Assembly (NCBI GenBank): GCA_964291265.2
Contig: OZ219747.1
Coordinates: 1,216,001-1,280,000 of the forward strand
From: Alphaproteobacteria bacterium
Lineage (GTDB): Bacteria; Pseudomonadota; Alphaproteobacteria; SP197
Length of the DNA: 64,000 nt
Direction of reading: 5' to 3'
The notes under the pieces are model-generated. The model had not been told where the DNA came from. It made no database searches and was given only the letters and a program-made list of their open reading frames with translations. Below, in pieces: positions 1 through 10,812 of the stretch; position 1 is the first letter of the stretch; each line of letters begins with the position of its first letter. The position numbers were made by a program, and so were the translations under genes.

Positions 1-423
1 GGGGGCCCGCGGTTCGGGGTCGATGGCGACAAGACGGGTGTTCGTGGCGCCGTCGGCTATGGCGCGGACCATGAAACGAGTGCTGTGTCCGGAACCGATT
101 TCGACGATGCGCGAGGGTTTCCACATGCGCACCATGGCATAGAGAACGGCGGCGTCCAGCCGCGGAAACCAGTCCTGGTTCCAGCGTGGTCCGGGAGCCG
201 GCGCGTCGTGGCCGATGGCCTTCAGATCATCACGGAACTGTTCGAGACCGGTGATGATGTCAAGAAAGGACTCGAGGTGTGAGGCAAACAGCCGGTCGAC
301 CGCCTGGTAGCCGGCGGCGGCAGGGAAGGCTCGGGCATGCCGGCACGGAATGAAGTACCCCTGACGGTCCAGTCCCGTCACTGTCGCAAGCGCCATTCCC
401 AGGCGCCGGGCGTATCCGGTCAA
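1..423 (-). CDS. Class I SAM-dependent methyltransferase (Methyltransf_24-like), runs off window edge
   Basis: Manual translation of the minus strand from TTG at 423 (overlapping the MBL stop): ...NQDWFPRLDAAVLYAMVRMWKPSRIVEIGSGHSTRFM...LVAIDPEPR. The EIGSG SAM-binding motif is present. Not in the ORF track because it is partial. Confidence 0.8.
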   Translation of the reverse strand, partial: MTGYARRLGMALATVTGLDRQGYFIPCRHARAFPAAAGYQAVDRLFASHLESFLDIITGLEQFRDDLKAIGHDAPAPGPRWNQDWFPRLDAAVLYAMVRMWKPSRIVEIGSGHSTRFMVRAIADGATNTRLVAIDPEPRAP

Positions 424-1250
424 GGGATGAGAACCAGACCTTCGCGTGCAACCACGGATCCAGGGCGCCGCTCTTCGATCTCGGCGGCGATCGCATCCAT
501 GCGGTCATCGTCATGCGAGGGGTCGTGATGGAAGGCAACGAAGGTCTTCACCGAGGCGGCTTCGGCGAGTCGCACGCCTTCCTGCCACGTCGAGTGGCCC
601 CAGTTCTCGAACGCCGGAAACTCCTCGTCGGTGTAGGATGAATCGTAGATCATCAGGTCGCAGCCGGCGATCAGTTCGAGAATGTTCCGGTCGAGCGTTC
701 CCGCCACGTGCTCGGTGTCGGTGACATAGCTGAGCGACCTGCCGCCATGATCGACGCGATAGCCACAGGCGCCGTTGGGATGGTTGAGAGGTGCGGTCAT
801 GATCTTCAACCCCGCGTGGGGTCGAAGGCAGTCTCCGGCGCGGAAGGTCTTCCACGTGATGGTGGCCCGAAGCGAGTCCCCGGTGACCGGTGTTTGCGGA
901 TCTTCCAGGAAATGGCGCACCACGTTCTCGAGAACCCGGGGTTCTTCAATGTGGCCGGCCCACACCGTCAGGCGAGTCTCGGGATGATTGAGGGGGCTGA
1001 AGAGGGCGATGCCGCAAACGTGGTCGAGGTGGGTATGCGTGAGGAAGAGGTCCGCATCGACAGGTCCCTCACCGAGTGAATCGGAGAGCGAACCAAGTCC
1101 GGTTCCGGCATCGAAGATGAGCAGCCTGTTGGCGCAACGGACCTCGAGGCAGGACGTGTTGCCGCCGTAGCGCCGTGTCCCGGGGTCGCAGCAGGGGATG
1201 CTGCCGCGAACTCCACGGAACCTGACCAGGAACTCAAGGGCCGATGGCAT
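420..1250 (-). CDS. MBL-fold metallo-hydrolase (phosphodiesterase/RNase Z-like)
   Basis: GVRGSIP, YGGNTSC, THTHLDH (HxHxDH), TDTEH, WGHS and FHHDP motifs. Confidence 0.9.
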   Translation of the reverse strand: MPSALEFLVRFRGVRGSIPCCDPGTRRYGGNTSCLEVRCANRLLIFDAGTGLGSLSDSLGEGPVDADLFLTHTHLDHVCGIALFSPLNHPETRLTVWAGHIEEPRVLENVVRHFLEDPQTPVTGDSLRATITWKTFRAGDCLRPHAGLKIMTAPLNHPNGACGYRVDHGGRSLSYVTDTEHVAGTLDRNILELIAGCDLMIYDSSYTDEEFPAFENWGHSTWQEGVRLAEAASVKTFVAFHHDPSHDDDRMDAIAAEIEERRPGSVVAREGLVLIP

Positions 1251-1340
1251 GGCTGCCTCACGTGGGTATGGACGGTCATTTCATGGTCCCTGCCAAGGAT
1301 ATATGGTCATGGTCCCCTTGACCACGCCGGGAGAAACGGG

Positions 1341-1898
1341 ATGGACCGGAACCGGGAGACAGTCCTGCGGCTGATCCGCGAACTCGCCGTGATGAGCGGC
1401 GGCGATTTCGAACTTGCGTCCGGCGAGCGGTCTGCCGTCTACATCGATCTTCGCCGGGTGACGATGCATCCTCTCGGCGCCAGTGCCATCGCACACATGA
1501 TTCACGATCGCCTGGCCGATGCCGGCGTTGATTCCGTGGGAGGCATGGCGACGGCTGCCATACCCGTTGTCACGGCGGTGGTCTGCGAGAGCCAGCGGCG
1601 AAGTGTTCCCGTGAAGGGGTTCTACGTGCGTGACAAGACAAAGGCCCGCGGTACGCAGCGTCGTATCGAGGGTCTTCTCGAAGGGGGAGACAGCGTGGCC
1701 CTCCTCGAGGACACGATGACGACGGGACAATCGACCATGGCCGCCGTCGAGGCGGTTCGCGAGGCGGGAGGACGGGTGGTGCGCGTGATCACGGTGGTCG
1801 ACCGTCTCAGGGGCGGTGCGGCACTGTTTGCGGATTCGGGCATTGCATTCGAGGCCCTCTTCACGCTCGACGGGATCACGGACGACACGTGTCCATGA
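1341..1898 (+). CDS. pyrE: Orotate phosphoribosyltransferase
   Basis: GDFELASGERSAVYIDLR, VRDKTKARG, PRPP loop LLEDTMTTGQS, VVDR. Confidence 0.93.
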   Translation: MDRNRETVLRLIRELAVMSGGDFELASGERSAVYIDLRRVTMHPLGASAIAHMIHDRLADAGVDSVGGMATAAIPVVTAVVCESQRRSVPVKGFYVRDKTKARGTQRRIEGLLEGGDSVALLEDTMTTGQSTMAAVEAVREAGGRVVRVITVVDRLRGGAALFADSGIAFEALFTLDGITDDTCP

Positions 1899-3100
1899 GT
1901 TCCCCCGGGAGAAGTGACTGGGGAGGTATCTGGTTCGGTCTGGCGGTGTCCAGCTTCGCGGCATTCCAGATGCTGAAACTGCCCCCGTCGCTGCCCTTGT
2001 TCATCGAGGCCTACGACTACGGACGCGTCATCGCCGGCGCTCTCGTCTCGGTCTATGCCCTTGCCGGGATCTTCTTCTCGCTTACCGCCGGCACCCTGAC
2101 CGGGCGGTACCCTCTTCACGTGCTTGCAGGATCGCTCGGCCTTTTCTTCCTTGGCAATGCGATCACCCTCTTCTTTCCGGATCTTGCCTGGCTCAATCTC
2201 GTGGCGCGCACGATCGAGGGTCTCGCCTACACCGTGTTCGCCATCGCCGGTGCCGCCATTGCCAATCGTTCGGCGGCACCATCAGACCTCTCCCTGGTGG
2301 CCGGAATTGTCGCTGTCTGGGTGCCTATAGGCCAGATTCTGGCTCTTGTGACCGGCTATCTCTTCTTCGATTCCCTGGGCTGGCAACCCCTGTGGTGGCT
2401 GTCGCTCTTCCTCACCATGGCCCTCGGCCTGTGGCTCCTTGCGCGTCGGGCGGGCGTGGAAAGGGCTCTTCGCGTCGAAGTCCGCGGCGCAGGGACAGCC
2501 CAGCTTCGCCAGCGGTTCTCCCTGTGGCTGGCGGCAGGTGTCTTTGCTGCCTGGGCCGGTCAGTACATCGCCTTCATGACCTGGTTGCCGGACTATGTGG
2601 TCGGACACTTCGATGTGGGTGCCGACGAGGCTGCCGCCATCAACGCCGTCTCCGTGGCGGGCGTTCTGGCAAGCTGCCTGGCGACGGGATGGCTGCTGCG
2701 CCGGGGAGTGTCCTTCGGTCTTCTCTTGACCGGAGCCACCCTCATCCAGGCCATTGTCTGGTTTGTCGGCCCGCATCTTGACAGCCTCACCGGGCTCGTT
2801 GCCATCACGGTCTATGGTATCGTCGCCGGCGCGCCACCCACCTGCATGTTCGCCGTTCCTGCCCGTCTCCTTGGCGGGGATCGTGCCGGGCCTTCCGCCT
2901 TTGCGCCCCTGATGACCGGACGCAGCCTGGGCGTTCTCCTGGCCCCCATTGTGGCCGGTGGGCTCGTCGACACCGAAGGCTGGACGGTCTTCGCCTCGAT
3001 CTATGGACTCCTCACGTTCGCTTCGGCTGTTGCCGGTGGCCTGATGGCCGCTCTTGTGACGCGACAAGCCTGGCAGGGATCTCAGGTTCTCAGGCGATAG
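1895..3100 (+). CDS. MFS transporter (CynX/NimT-like)
   Basis: About 12 hydrophobic segments; AAFQMLKLPPSLP; FMTWLP; start overlaps the pyrE stop. Confidence 0.8.
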   Translation: MSSPGRSDWGGIWFGLAVSSFAAFQMLKLPPSLPLFIEAYDYGRVIAGALVSVYALAGIFFSLTAGTLTGRYPLHVLAGSLGLFFLGNAITLFFPDLAWLNLVARTIEGLAYTVFAIAGAAIANRSAAPSDLSLVAGIVAVWVPIGQILALVTGYLFFDSLGWQPLWWLSLFLTMALGLWLLARRAGVERALRVEVRGAGTAQLRQRFSLWLAAGVFAAWAGQYIAFMTWLPDYVVGHFDVGADEAAAINAVSVAGVLASCLATGWLLRRGVSFGLLLTGATLIQAIVWFVGPHLDSLTGLVAITVYGIVAGAPPTCMFAVPARLLGGDRAGPSAFAPLMTGRSLGVLLAPIVAGGLVDTEGWTVFASIYGLLTFASAVAGGLMAALVTRQAWQGSQVLRR

Positions 3101-3738
3101 CCGCCCGGCACATTGAGAAGAATGCGGGCCCGTGAGCGATCTTCCCCGAGTTTGCGGCGCAATCGCCAGATATGGGTCTCAAGGGTGTGTGTCCTGATGC
3201 GTGTGTCGTGTCCCCAGACCCTTCCGAGAAGGGTGCTGCGATCGACCGGACGTTCCCCGGCGAGGAGCAGTTCGACGAGAATCAGCGACTCCTTCTCGGT
3301 GAGGCGGTTCGAGGTGCCGCTTGACCGGTGCTCCAGCAATCGTGTGTCGGGATGGAAGGTGAAGGGCCCGACCTTCATCGGCGCCGGCAGGGCCTGCACC
3401 GGGCGCTCGAGCAGTTTCCTCACCTGTGCGATCAACGTGCCAAGCCGGAACGGTTTGCAGATCCCGTCGCCAGGGATTCCGGATCCGATGCGGATGAGCG
3501 GCAGGGTTGCGTGCATGCGTGCGAGTGTCTGCCGAAGGAGCTCGGCACAGTCGTCCGCGAGGTCGTCATCGGCAATGACAACCGCGAAGGGGTCAGTTCC
3601 GAGATGTTCGAGGGCGTCTCTCGATCCCGAACAGACGACCGGCGTCGTGCCGTGGTTCACCCCCAGCTGTTCTGCGATGGCTTCGCCAAGGGCAGCGTCG
3701 GCTGTCACGACAAGGATCGCTTTGCCTGCTACGTTCAT
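3082..3738 (-). CDS. OmpR-family response regulator (receiver + winged helix)
   Basis: KPFRLGTL; LTEKESLIL; VWG; THTLETHIWRLRRKL; GGYRL. Confidence 0.88.
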   Translation of the reverse strand: MNVAGKAILVVTADAALGEAIAEQLGVNHGTTPVVCSGSRDALEHLGTDPFAVVIADDDLADDCAELLRQTLARMHATLPLIRIGSGIPGDGICKPFRLGTLIAQVRKLLERPVQALPAPMKVGPFTFHPDTRLLEHRSSGTSNRLTEKESLILVELLLAGERPVDRSTLLGRVWGHDTRIRTHTLETHIWRLRRKLGEDRSRARILLNVPGGYRLRT

Positions 3739-3764
3739 GGCGCTGCCACAGGGACATTGCCGGC

Positions 3765-4268
3765 GTGACTGATATCGTGGTGTACGGGAAGGGAATTGCG
3801 CGCTTTGGCAACCACGCATGCCGCTGTGCGCTCGGCCCTGCCGGTATCGTCGATCGAAAGGTGGAGGGTGACGGTGGCACCCCGGCCGGCGTATGGCCCC
3901 TCAAGAGAGTGCTCTTCAGGCCTGACAGGGAGGCATGGCCGGAGTGCCTTCTTCCGGTCTCGGCCATCACGCCGACGGACGGGTGGTGCGACGACCCCCG
4001 GCACGACGACTACAACAGGCTTGTATCCCTGCCCTTTGCAGGGGGGCACGAGATCATGTGGCGCAGTGACCATCTCTACGACCTCGTCATCATCGTCGGA
4101 TTCAATGACGATCCGCCGGTTCCCGGCGCCGGCAGCGCCGTCTTCGTGCACCTTGCATCGGCTGATCTGGCGCCGACTGCAGGATGCGTGGCCTTTGCAC
4201 GCGAAGATCTCCTGGCGATTCTTCCGGGACTCGATCAGACGAGTGCTCTCGTCGTCCGTCATGCGTAG
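3765..4268 (+). CDS. L,D-transpeptidase (YkuD-like) family protein
   Basis: KVEGDGGTPAG, GWCDDP, GSAVFVH...PTAGCVA catalytic His/Cys. Confidence 0.88.
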   Translation: MTDIVVYGKGIARFGNHACRCALGPAGIVDRKVEGDGGTPAGVWPLKRVLFRPDREAWPECLLPVSAITPTDGWCDDPRHDDYNRLVSLPFAGGHEIMWRSDHLYDLVIIVGFNDDPPVPGAGSAVFVHLASADLAPTAGCVAFAREDLLAILPGLDQTSALVVRHA

Positions 4269-4600
4269 CCGTGGACTTCCCGCCGGTTGACGGGTTCGAC
4301 GACCATCACCGCCCTGGCGAATTCGGCGCGGTCGACCATCCACGTGCCATCGGGCAGCCAGATGCCGTCGCCGGGCTCAAGGTCGAACGTGTCCTCACGG
4401 GTCTCGAGACCGAGAGTGCACGCGAGGATGTGCATGGACTCGTCGCAGGGAACCGTCCACTCCATGTCGCTGTTCTCGAGGAGGCCGAACGATCGGCTTT
4501 CCTTTGCCGAGACGTCACGCGAGACGGTGAAGGTCACCGGAGGGCCGCCAGTCTGGCTGAAGACACGTTCGGATGGCCGGACACGGCGGATGGCTGGCAT
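4259..4600 (-). CDS. EutQ-like cupin, possibly degenerate
   Basis: DMEWTVPCDESMHIL...FDLEPGDGIWLPDGT resembles the EutQ/cupin_3 pattern. Confidence 0.55.
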   Translation of the reverse strand: MPAIRRVRPSERVFSQTGGPPVTFTVSRDVSAKESRSFGLLENSDMEWTVPCDESMHILACTLGLETREDTFDLEPGDGIWLPDGTWMVDRAEFARAVMVVEPVNRREVHGYA

Positions 4601-4679
4601 GATGGCTACCTCTTGTCTGGCAGGTTCGAAAGGTGAGGTCGGTGGATCCCTTCGCCACTTCGCCCTCGGTTGCCGGACC

Positions 4680-5540
4680 GGCCACGGCCTCGATGGCGTG
4701 GCTGCGCAGGTCGATCTCCCGGCGTGAACGCTGCGGCAGATCGCAGCGTTGAGGCTCGAGCAGACGAAGGGGGTCGTCGCCGTTGACAAAACCGAGACAG
4801 AGGCCGCCAAAGTCGTAGCCGATGAGGCGGGCGAGCCCCTCGTCATAGGTCCGGGCGATGTCCGGAGGGTTGGCGAGATACTGGTTCTCTTCCTGGCGCA
4901 GCCAGCTCCAGCCGTACCGCAGGGCAAGGCCGGCCCTGACAACACCGGAACGATTGGCGCCGCCGCCATGCCAGGCGCCGTCCATGTAGAGCAGCACCGA
5001 TCCGGCCGGCATCTCGACGGGGATCACCTCCTCGATTCTCGCAAGGCGATCATGGTCCCACCGGTGGCCGTCCGGAACGACGCCCGTTCCGCCGTTGGCG
5101 GCGGTGAAGTCGGCGAGGGCCCACATGGTGAAGATGACCATGAGGGAGAGGGGTGGCGCACCGGGTAGATGCTGCCGTCACGGTGCAGTCCCCGGGCACC
5201 GGCCCCGGGTTCGAGGTGCATGATACCGGAGGAATTGAGCTGCCAGTTCGGCATGCAGGGCGTGAACATCCTCTCGACGAGATCCATGACGACAGGCGCC
5301 AGCGAAGAGTTCGCGCGCCGCCGGCGATCGGGCGAGGACGCTGCCCAGCCGTCTGGTGCGGCGCCCCGGAAACTCGCCGTCTCCCAGGAGAGCGGCGGCA
5401 ATGTAGGGCGCCAGTTCCCCGAGGGCCTGTTCCGTTTCGCCCAGAGCGAGGTCGCGCACCACCAGACAGCCGTTCTCCCGGAAGACCTCGTGGAGGAGAT
5501 CCATCGGCGCGGAGGGCTCGAAATCGGCAAGGGACGTCAT
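4680..5540 (-). pseudogene. Phytanoyl-CoA dioxygenase (PhyH) family pseudogene, at least 2 frameshifts
   Basis: Homology is split over three frames: MTSLADF...RENGCLVVRDL...GRRTRRL / WQLNSSGIMHLEPGAGARGLHRD / MWALADFTAANGGTGVVP...AGSVLLY...WHGGGANRS...WLRQEENQYL. The 3' end is approximate. Confidence 0.85.
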
Positions 5541-5952
5541 GGTGCACACCCGCACGGACGTCGAACCTGCCCGGCCCCACCCGATATCGCGCCGGACCGC
5601 ATCGTCACCCTCGGGGACCCGACGCGGGCCCATGTCGACAGGACCATGTTCCGGCACAAGAAGGGGATTGTCGATGTGCATGACGCTCCTATGCATCGGC
5701 CTGACGCGGGGGACCGGTGTCCATCATTCGCATGGCGGGATTCCTTGCCACATCATCCCTGCAGTGTAGGGCATCGTCGTGCGGCCGCGCCATGACAATC
5801 CTCGGACGTCGTCAGCAGGATCCGGGTCCCGGGGTTCCGTCTTCTGCGCGGGGAATGGGTGGTCCGGACGATGCCTCCGGTTGACCGGAACTGACGTCGC
5901 TTCGCCCGATCGTCGCAGAGATCAATCAACTCCGGGCCATGACCGAGGGAGC

Positions 5953-5985
5953 CTGCACCCGGATCCCCGGGGGAATCGGGTGCAG
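5953..5985 (-). terminator. Stem-loop downstream of phoX
   Basis: ctgcacccg...cgggtgcag imperfect inverted repeat with an inner cccc/gggg pair; no U-tract. Confidence 0.35.
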
Positions 5986-5999
5986 ACTCGTTGTTGATG

Positions 6000-7856
6000 T
6001 CAGCCGATGAGGCCGTCGTCGGTGCGCCGGACCGCGATGATGGCCGAGCGTGGCACCGAGACTCCGCCGGCCGGGAAGTGGGAACCTCCGTCCTCGCCTG
6101 GATGCTGGACGCCGACGAACAGTGTCCGCCTGTCGGGAGACCACGCGATCCCCGTGATCTCGGCCTCCCGGGGGCCGACCAGGAAGCGCCGGATTTCACC
6201 GGTCTCGGTGTCGCCCGCCAGCATCTGGTTGTTGCCGTGGCCCTCGAAGTCTTCGCTGTTCGAGTGGTTGCCGTCCGTCTGGATCCACAGCAGTCCCTGG
6301 CGGTCGAACATCATGCCGTCGGGCGAATTGAACATGTTGCCCGCGTCGATGTTGTCGGAGCCTGCATGGGCATCCGTGTGGACCGCCGGATTTCCGGCCA
6401 GGGCATAGAGGTCCCAGGAAAACGTCGGCGAGGCATGGTCTTCGCCGTCCGGACGTCAGCGAAGGATCTGTCCGTAGAGATTCGCTTCGCGCGGATTGGG
6501 CCCGCCGACCGGGGTCGCATCACCGCCGGCATTCGGCTTGATGCCACGGTTCTTGTTGTTGGTCAGCGCGACGTAGCTCTCCACCCGGTTCGGATTGGAG
6601 GCAACCCACTCGGGACGGTCCATGGTCGTGGCGCCGAGGATCGATCCCGCCATCCTCGTGTTGACGGCAATCTCCTCCGCACTCATGCCGGTGGCATCCG
6701 GTGTCAACGCCATCCACTCGCCGGACTGGTCGTCGGAGAACCGGGCGACGTAGAGCGTGCCGGAGTCCAGCAGCTGGGAATTGTCTCCACCGAGCGAATA
6801 GTGGCCTTCGGAGACGAACCGGTAGAGGAACTCGCCGCGTTCGTCATCACCCATGTAGACGACCACGCGCCCGTCGGACGCCAGGACGACATCGGCGTTC
6901 TCGTGCTTGAACCGGCCAAGGGCGGTGCGCTTCTTCGGTGTGGAGGCGGGATCGAGGGGATCGATTTCCACAATGTAGCCGACCCGGTTCGACTCGTTGG
7001 GATGACGCGAGATGTCGAACCTCTGGTCAACCTTCGCCCAGCCATAGCCCCAGTCCTCGAGCTTGACGCCATAGCGCTGCATCGATGCCGTGGGTTCGTA
7101 GTCCGGATCGGAGGACGAGAAGTAGCCGTTGAAGTTCTCTTCGCAGGCAAGGTACGTGCCCCAGGGGGTCTCGCCGTTGCCGCAGTTGTTCCAGGTTCCC
7201 GTGGTCCGTGTGCCGCTCGGGTCGGCGGCGGTCTTCACAAGGTTCGAACCGGCGGCAGGACCGGTCAGTTCCATTGTGGTGTCGGGCGTGATTCGTCTGT
7301 TGAAGGCGCTGTCCCTGACCACCTTCCAGCGGTTGCCGTCGGGTGCGATTTCGAACACCGACACGCCGTGGGCCATCATTCCCTTGCGGATGTCGTCGTT
7401 GCCGGCAGCCTCGTTGTCCGGGCGGTTGCCCCAGAGGATGTCCCGGTTGGTGTATTCGTTGTTGACGGCCATGACGGTGCCACCGGCCGAGTGAAACACG
7501 GCCATGCCGTCGTTGTTGTCACCGAAGGCCCGCGCCTGGCTCTCGGCGGTGCCGCGCGTCGCGTCGTCGAATTCGGGCACATCGGACCACAGAGGATCAC
7601 CCCAGCGGATGAGTGTGTACCACTCGAATCCCTCGGGAACGGTGATGGAATCGTGGGTGTCCGCAGGGATCTGGTCAAATCCGAAGCGGTCCGTTCCGGC
7701 GAACGCCCTGGTCGTGAGCGAGGTTGTCTCCATGACGAAGGTGCCGAGGCCGAACGTCATCACACCGAGAATCCCGCGGCGGCTGATCGCTGTTTCGATC
7801 ACCTGGTCGAGTTCGGTTGTCTGGGTAGGCGTCGAGTGGGTCATGCTGTCGGTCAT
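6000..7856 (-). pseudogene. phoX: PhoX (DUF839) Tat-exported alkaline phosphatase with one in-frame TGA
   Basis: Tat motif SRRGIL; GDNNDGM, NNEY, TWNNCGNGETPWGTYLACEENF, GRFKHE, MDRPEW, FNSPDG, WIQTDG, VQHPGE. TGA at 6456-6458 lies within YGQILR*RPDGEDH, and the downstream part (ORF 6000-6335) is in the same frame. Confidence 0.92.
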
Positions 7857-8112
7857 TGCTGCATCCTGATGTTTGAGGCTGTCGGGCGGGAGTGCTGCCC
7901 GAGATCGCATGTTCCCTACCGGCGGATCATTTCAGAAATGCAACGGATTCGCAGCCGATGCATGGGAAATGCCTGTCGGTCCACACCGGCTCAAGGCCCG
8001 GGGGATTCCTCCCACAGCAATTCCACTGCCTTGTCGACGCCGCAGGTAGACGACTTTCCGTGCAGGAGGCAAGGAGGTGCGCAGGCAATCCGGCAAGGTC
8101 AAGGAGCAGTTC

Positions 8113-10812
8113 ATGCAGGCAACGGAGCGCGCACCACGGTTCACGGGCTGGCTTTCCACCGACGAAGAGGAAGTGAAGAGGCGATGGTGGCGCGGCCGCA
8201 TCGACATCGTCACCGTGGAACCTCGCGGAGACGGAATCTTCACCGACTATGACGTCACCTCGTCGAGTGGCTCAACCTACCGGGTGGAACTGAGGAGCCT
8301 CGGCGAGCGGATCAACACCTGCAACTGCGCTGATTTCCGCACCAACCGCCTCGGGACATGCAAGCACATCGAAGGCGTCCTTCACCATGTGGGACAGGCG
8401 CAGGGACACAATCCGAGGATCGAGGTCTTTGTCGACGAGCGCGAGGCGCGATCGCTGGCATGTGTGGTTCCCGAGGGCGTGTCGACCTCTTTCGCCGATG
8501 AGGTGCGGCGCCTGTGCAACGACGGTTCCCTGGAGGCACTCCGTGCGCTCGAGGATCTGGCAGAAGGGAACGGCAGCGCACTGAGGATTTCGGAAAGGGT
8601 CGCGGGCTGGCTTGAGGACGGGGAGCGCAAGAGGCGCAGACAACTCGACCGCTCGGACTTCGAGAAACGGCTGGCGAGCGGGGAGGCGGCCTTCGACATG
8701 CTCAAGGTGCGGCTCTACGACTATCAGGTCGCCGGAGCGCTCCACCTCGCCTTTACCGAGCGGGCGCTTCTGGCCGATGAAATGGGCCTCGGCAAGACAG
8801 TCCAGGCCATTGCCGCTGCGACCCTGCTTCGGCAGTTGCGCGGCATCTCTCGGGTTCTCGTCGTCTCGCCGGCGTCGCTCAAGGGCGAGTGGGACGACCA
8901 GATCGCCAAGTTCACGGATCTATCGGCAACGATCGTCAGGGGAAATCTCACGGAGCGCTGCAGGGCCTATCGTTCGGGAGCCTTCTTCACTCTTGCCAAC
9001 TATGAACAGATCCGCTCCGACTGGGAGACGATCGGCGAGTGCCTTGCGCCGGACGTGGTTGTGCTCGACGAGGCCCAGCGGATCAAGAACTGGCAGACAA
9101 GGACGGCGGATGCCGTCAAGAAACTGAGGAGCCGCTACGCCTTCGTGCTGACGGGGACGCCGATCGAAAACAGGATTGATGAACTCTATTCGCTCGTGCA
9201 GTTCCTTGATCCCGACCTTCTCGGTCCACTGTTCCGTTTCAACCGCGAGCACTATGTCCTCGATGATCGCGGTCGGCCCACCGGCTTCCAGAATCTCGAC
9301 AAGCTCTCCGAGAAGGTAGCGACAATCATGTTGCGCCGCCGCAAGGATGACGTCGAGGACCAGCTCCCTCCGCGTACCAGCAAGACCCTTCTGGTGCCGA
9401 TGACCGACGATCAGTGGCGTGTGCATGACGACTACCGCAACCTCGTTGCGAGACTCGCTCACATAGCCAAGAGACGACCACTGAGCCCTGACGAATTCAA
9501 GAGGATGCAGGGCTATCTCGCGTGCATGCGCATGAGCTGCGATACCCTCTACATCCTTGACGATGATCACGATGAATGTCCGAAGCTCGAGGAGATCGAG
9601 AAGATCCTGGACGACCTTCTCGAAGAGTCGACATCCAAGGTGGTGGTCTTTTCTGAATGGGTAAGGATGCTCGATCTGGTTCGTGCTCATGCGAGCGAAC
9701 GGGGAATCGAACATGCCCTTCACACGGGAAGCGTGTCACAGGAAAGGCGCCGCGCGGAGATCCAGCGTTTCCGCCAGGATCCGGCATGCAGGATCCTCCT
9801 GACATCCGATTCGGGAGGGGTGGGCCTCAATCTCCAGGTTGCCGACAGCGTCATCAACATCGACCAGCCCTGGAACCCGGCGCGGCTTGAACAGCGCATC
9901 GCCCGAGTGTGGCGCAAGCACCAGACGCGCACGGTCCGAGTCTACAACCTCGTCGCCGAAAACACGATCGAGCACAACATGCTCGGCGTTCTTGCCAACA
10001 AGCAGGCGCTGGCGGACGGCGTTCTTGATGGTCGTGGCGACCTCTCAGCCATCACGATGCCGGGCGGACGCAAGGCCTTCATCGAACGTGTCAACTCGGT
10101 CCTCGGAATGGCCGGCGGGGACGCATCGCCGGCGAGGCAGGAGGAAGCGAAGCCGCAGAAGACACTCTTCGAGTGCCTGCGTGACCGGCTGCTTTCCCGG
10201 CATGGCGACGCGGTGCAGGGAATCTTCGGCCGCAAGGACGGGTCCAGTTTCCTCGCTGTTCTCGATCTCGCAACAGACGACATCACGGCGCTGGAGCAGG
10301 AGTGCAGCCAGTGGAAGGAACTCGGCGGAGCGGACATCAGGATGATCGATCCCGCGACTCGGGAACAGATGGAGAATCTTGCGAAGACCGGTCTCATCGC
10401 GGTTGATCCGGAGTACATGGAGCAGGCCTGGCCGGATGACGAGACCAGGGAACTCAACCAGCGACGCGTGCGCTGGTCGCAGGCACGGAACCTGATCGAA
10501 CCTGCCGGGCGCAAACTGAAGGCGGCGAGGCTCCTTGCCGGTGGAGGGCTCCTCGACGAGGCGCGCCCGCCGGCTGTCGACTCCATGATGCTGGCAACCC
10601 GTGCGCTCGCCGTCCTCGACAATGCCGCCGAACCCGCCGATGCCGACGAGGCCTATGCCTTCCTCGTGCTGCGGCAGATCGAGGCGGATACGCTGGATCC
10701 GTCGCGACTCGCCATGGAGATGCTGGGTGGGGCTGAACTCGATGACGAAAGCCTGATTGCCGTCGGCACATTCACCGACAAGGTCACGAGCATGATCGGG
10801 GACGCGCCATGA
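8113..10812 (+). CDS. SWIM zinc finger + SNF2-family helicase with C-terminal extension
   Basis: CNCADF...CKH (SWIM); LADEMGLGKT, DEAQRIKN, LTGTPIEN, GGVGLNLQ, WNPARLEQRIAR; AAGGAG upstream of ATG 8113. Confidence 0.92.
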   Translation: MQATERAPRFTGWLSTDEEEVKRRWWRGRIDIVTVEPRGDGIFTDYDVTSSSGSTYRVELRSLGERINTCNCADFRTNRLGTCKHIEGVLHHVGQAQGHNPRIEVFVDEREARSLACVVPEGVSTSFADEVRRLCNDGSLEALRALEDLAEGNGSALRISERVAGWLEDGERKRRRQLDRSDFEKRLASGEAAFDMLKVRLYDYQVAGALHLAFTERALLADEMGLGKTVQAIAAATLLRQLRGISRVLVVSPASLKGEWDDQIAKFTDLSATIVRGNLTERCRAYRSGAFFTLANYEQIRSDWETIGECLAPDVVVLDEAQRIKNWQTRTADAVKKLRSRYAFVLTGTPIENRIDELYSLVQFLDPDLLGPLFRFNREHYVLDDRGRPTGFQNLDKLSEKVATIMLRRRKDDVEDQLPPRTSKTLLVPMTDDQWRVHDDYRNLVARLAHIAKRRPLSPDEFKRMQGYLACMRMSCDTLYILDDDHDECPKLEEIEKILDDLLEESTSKVVVFSEWVRMLDLVRAHASERGIEHALHTGSVSQERRRAEIQRFRQDPACRILLTSDSGGVGLNLQVADSVINIDQPWNPARLEQRIARVWRKHQTRTVRVYNLVAENTIEHNMLGVLANKQALADGVLDGRGDLSAITMPGGRKAFIERVNSVLGMAGGDASPARQEEAKPQKTLFECLRDRLLSRHGDAVQGIFGRKDGSSFLAVLDLATDDITALEQECSQWKELGGADIRMIDPATREQMENLAKTGLIAVDPEYMEQAWPDDETRELNQRRVRWSQARNLIEPAGRKLKAARLLAGGGLLDEARPPAVDSMMLATRALAVLDNAAEPADADEAYAFLVLRQIEADTLDPSRLAMEMLGGAELDDESLIAVGTFTDKVTSMIGDAP

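Noticed and set aside
6456-6458. Selenocysteine or genetic code 4 reading of the TGA in phoX
   Set aside because: Position corresponds to an expected Trp rather than Cys, and TGA ends many intact genes here
5991-8252. Long antisense ORFs (5991-8252, 36045-38453, 24225-25868, 42376-44019, 49925-51913 and similar)
   Set aside because: Shadow frames opposite well-supported genes in high-GC DNA, with no motifs
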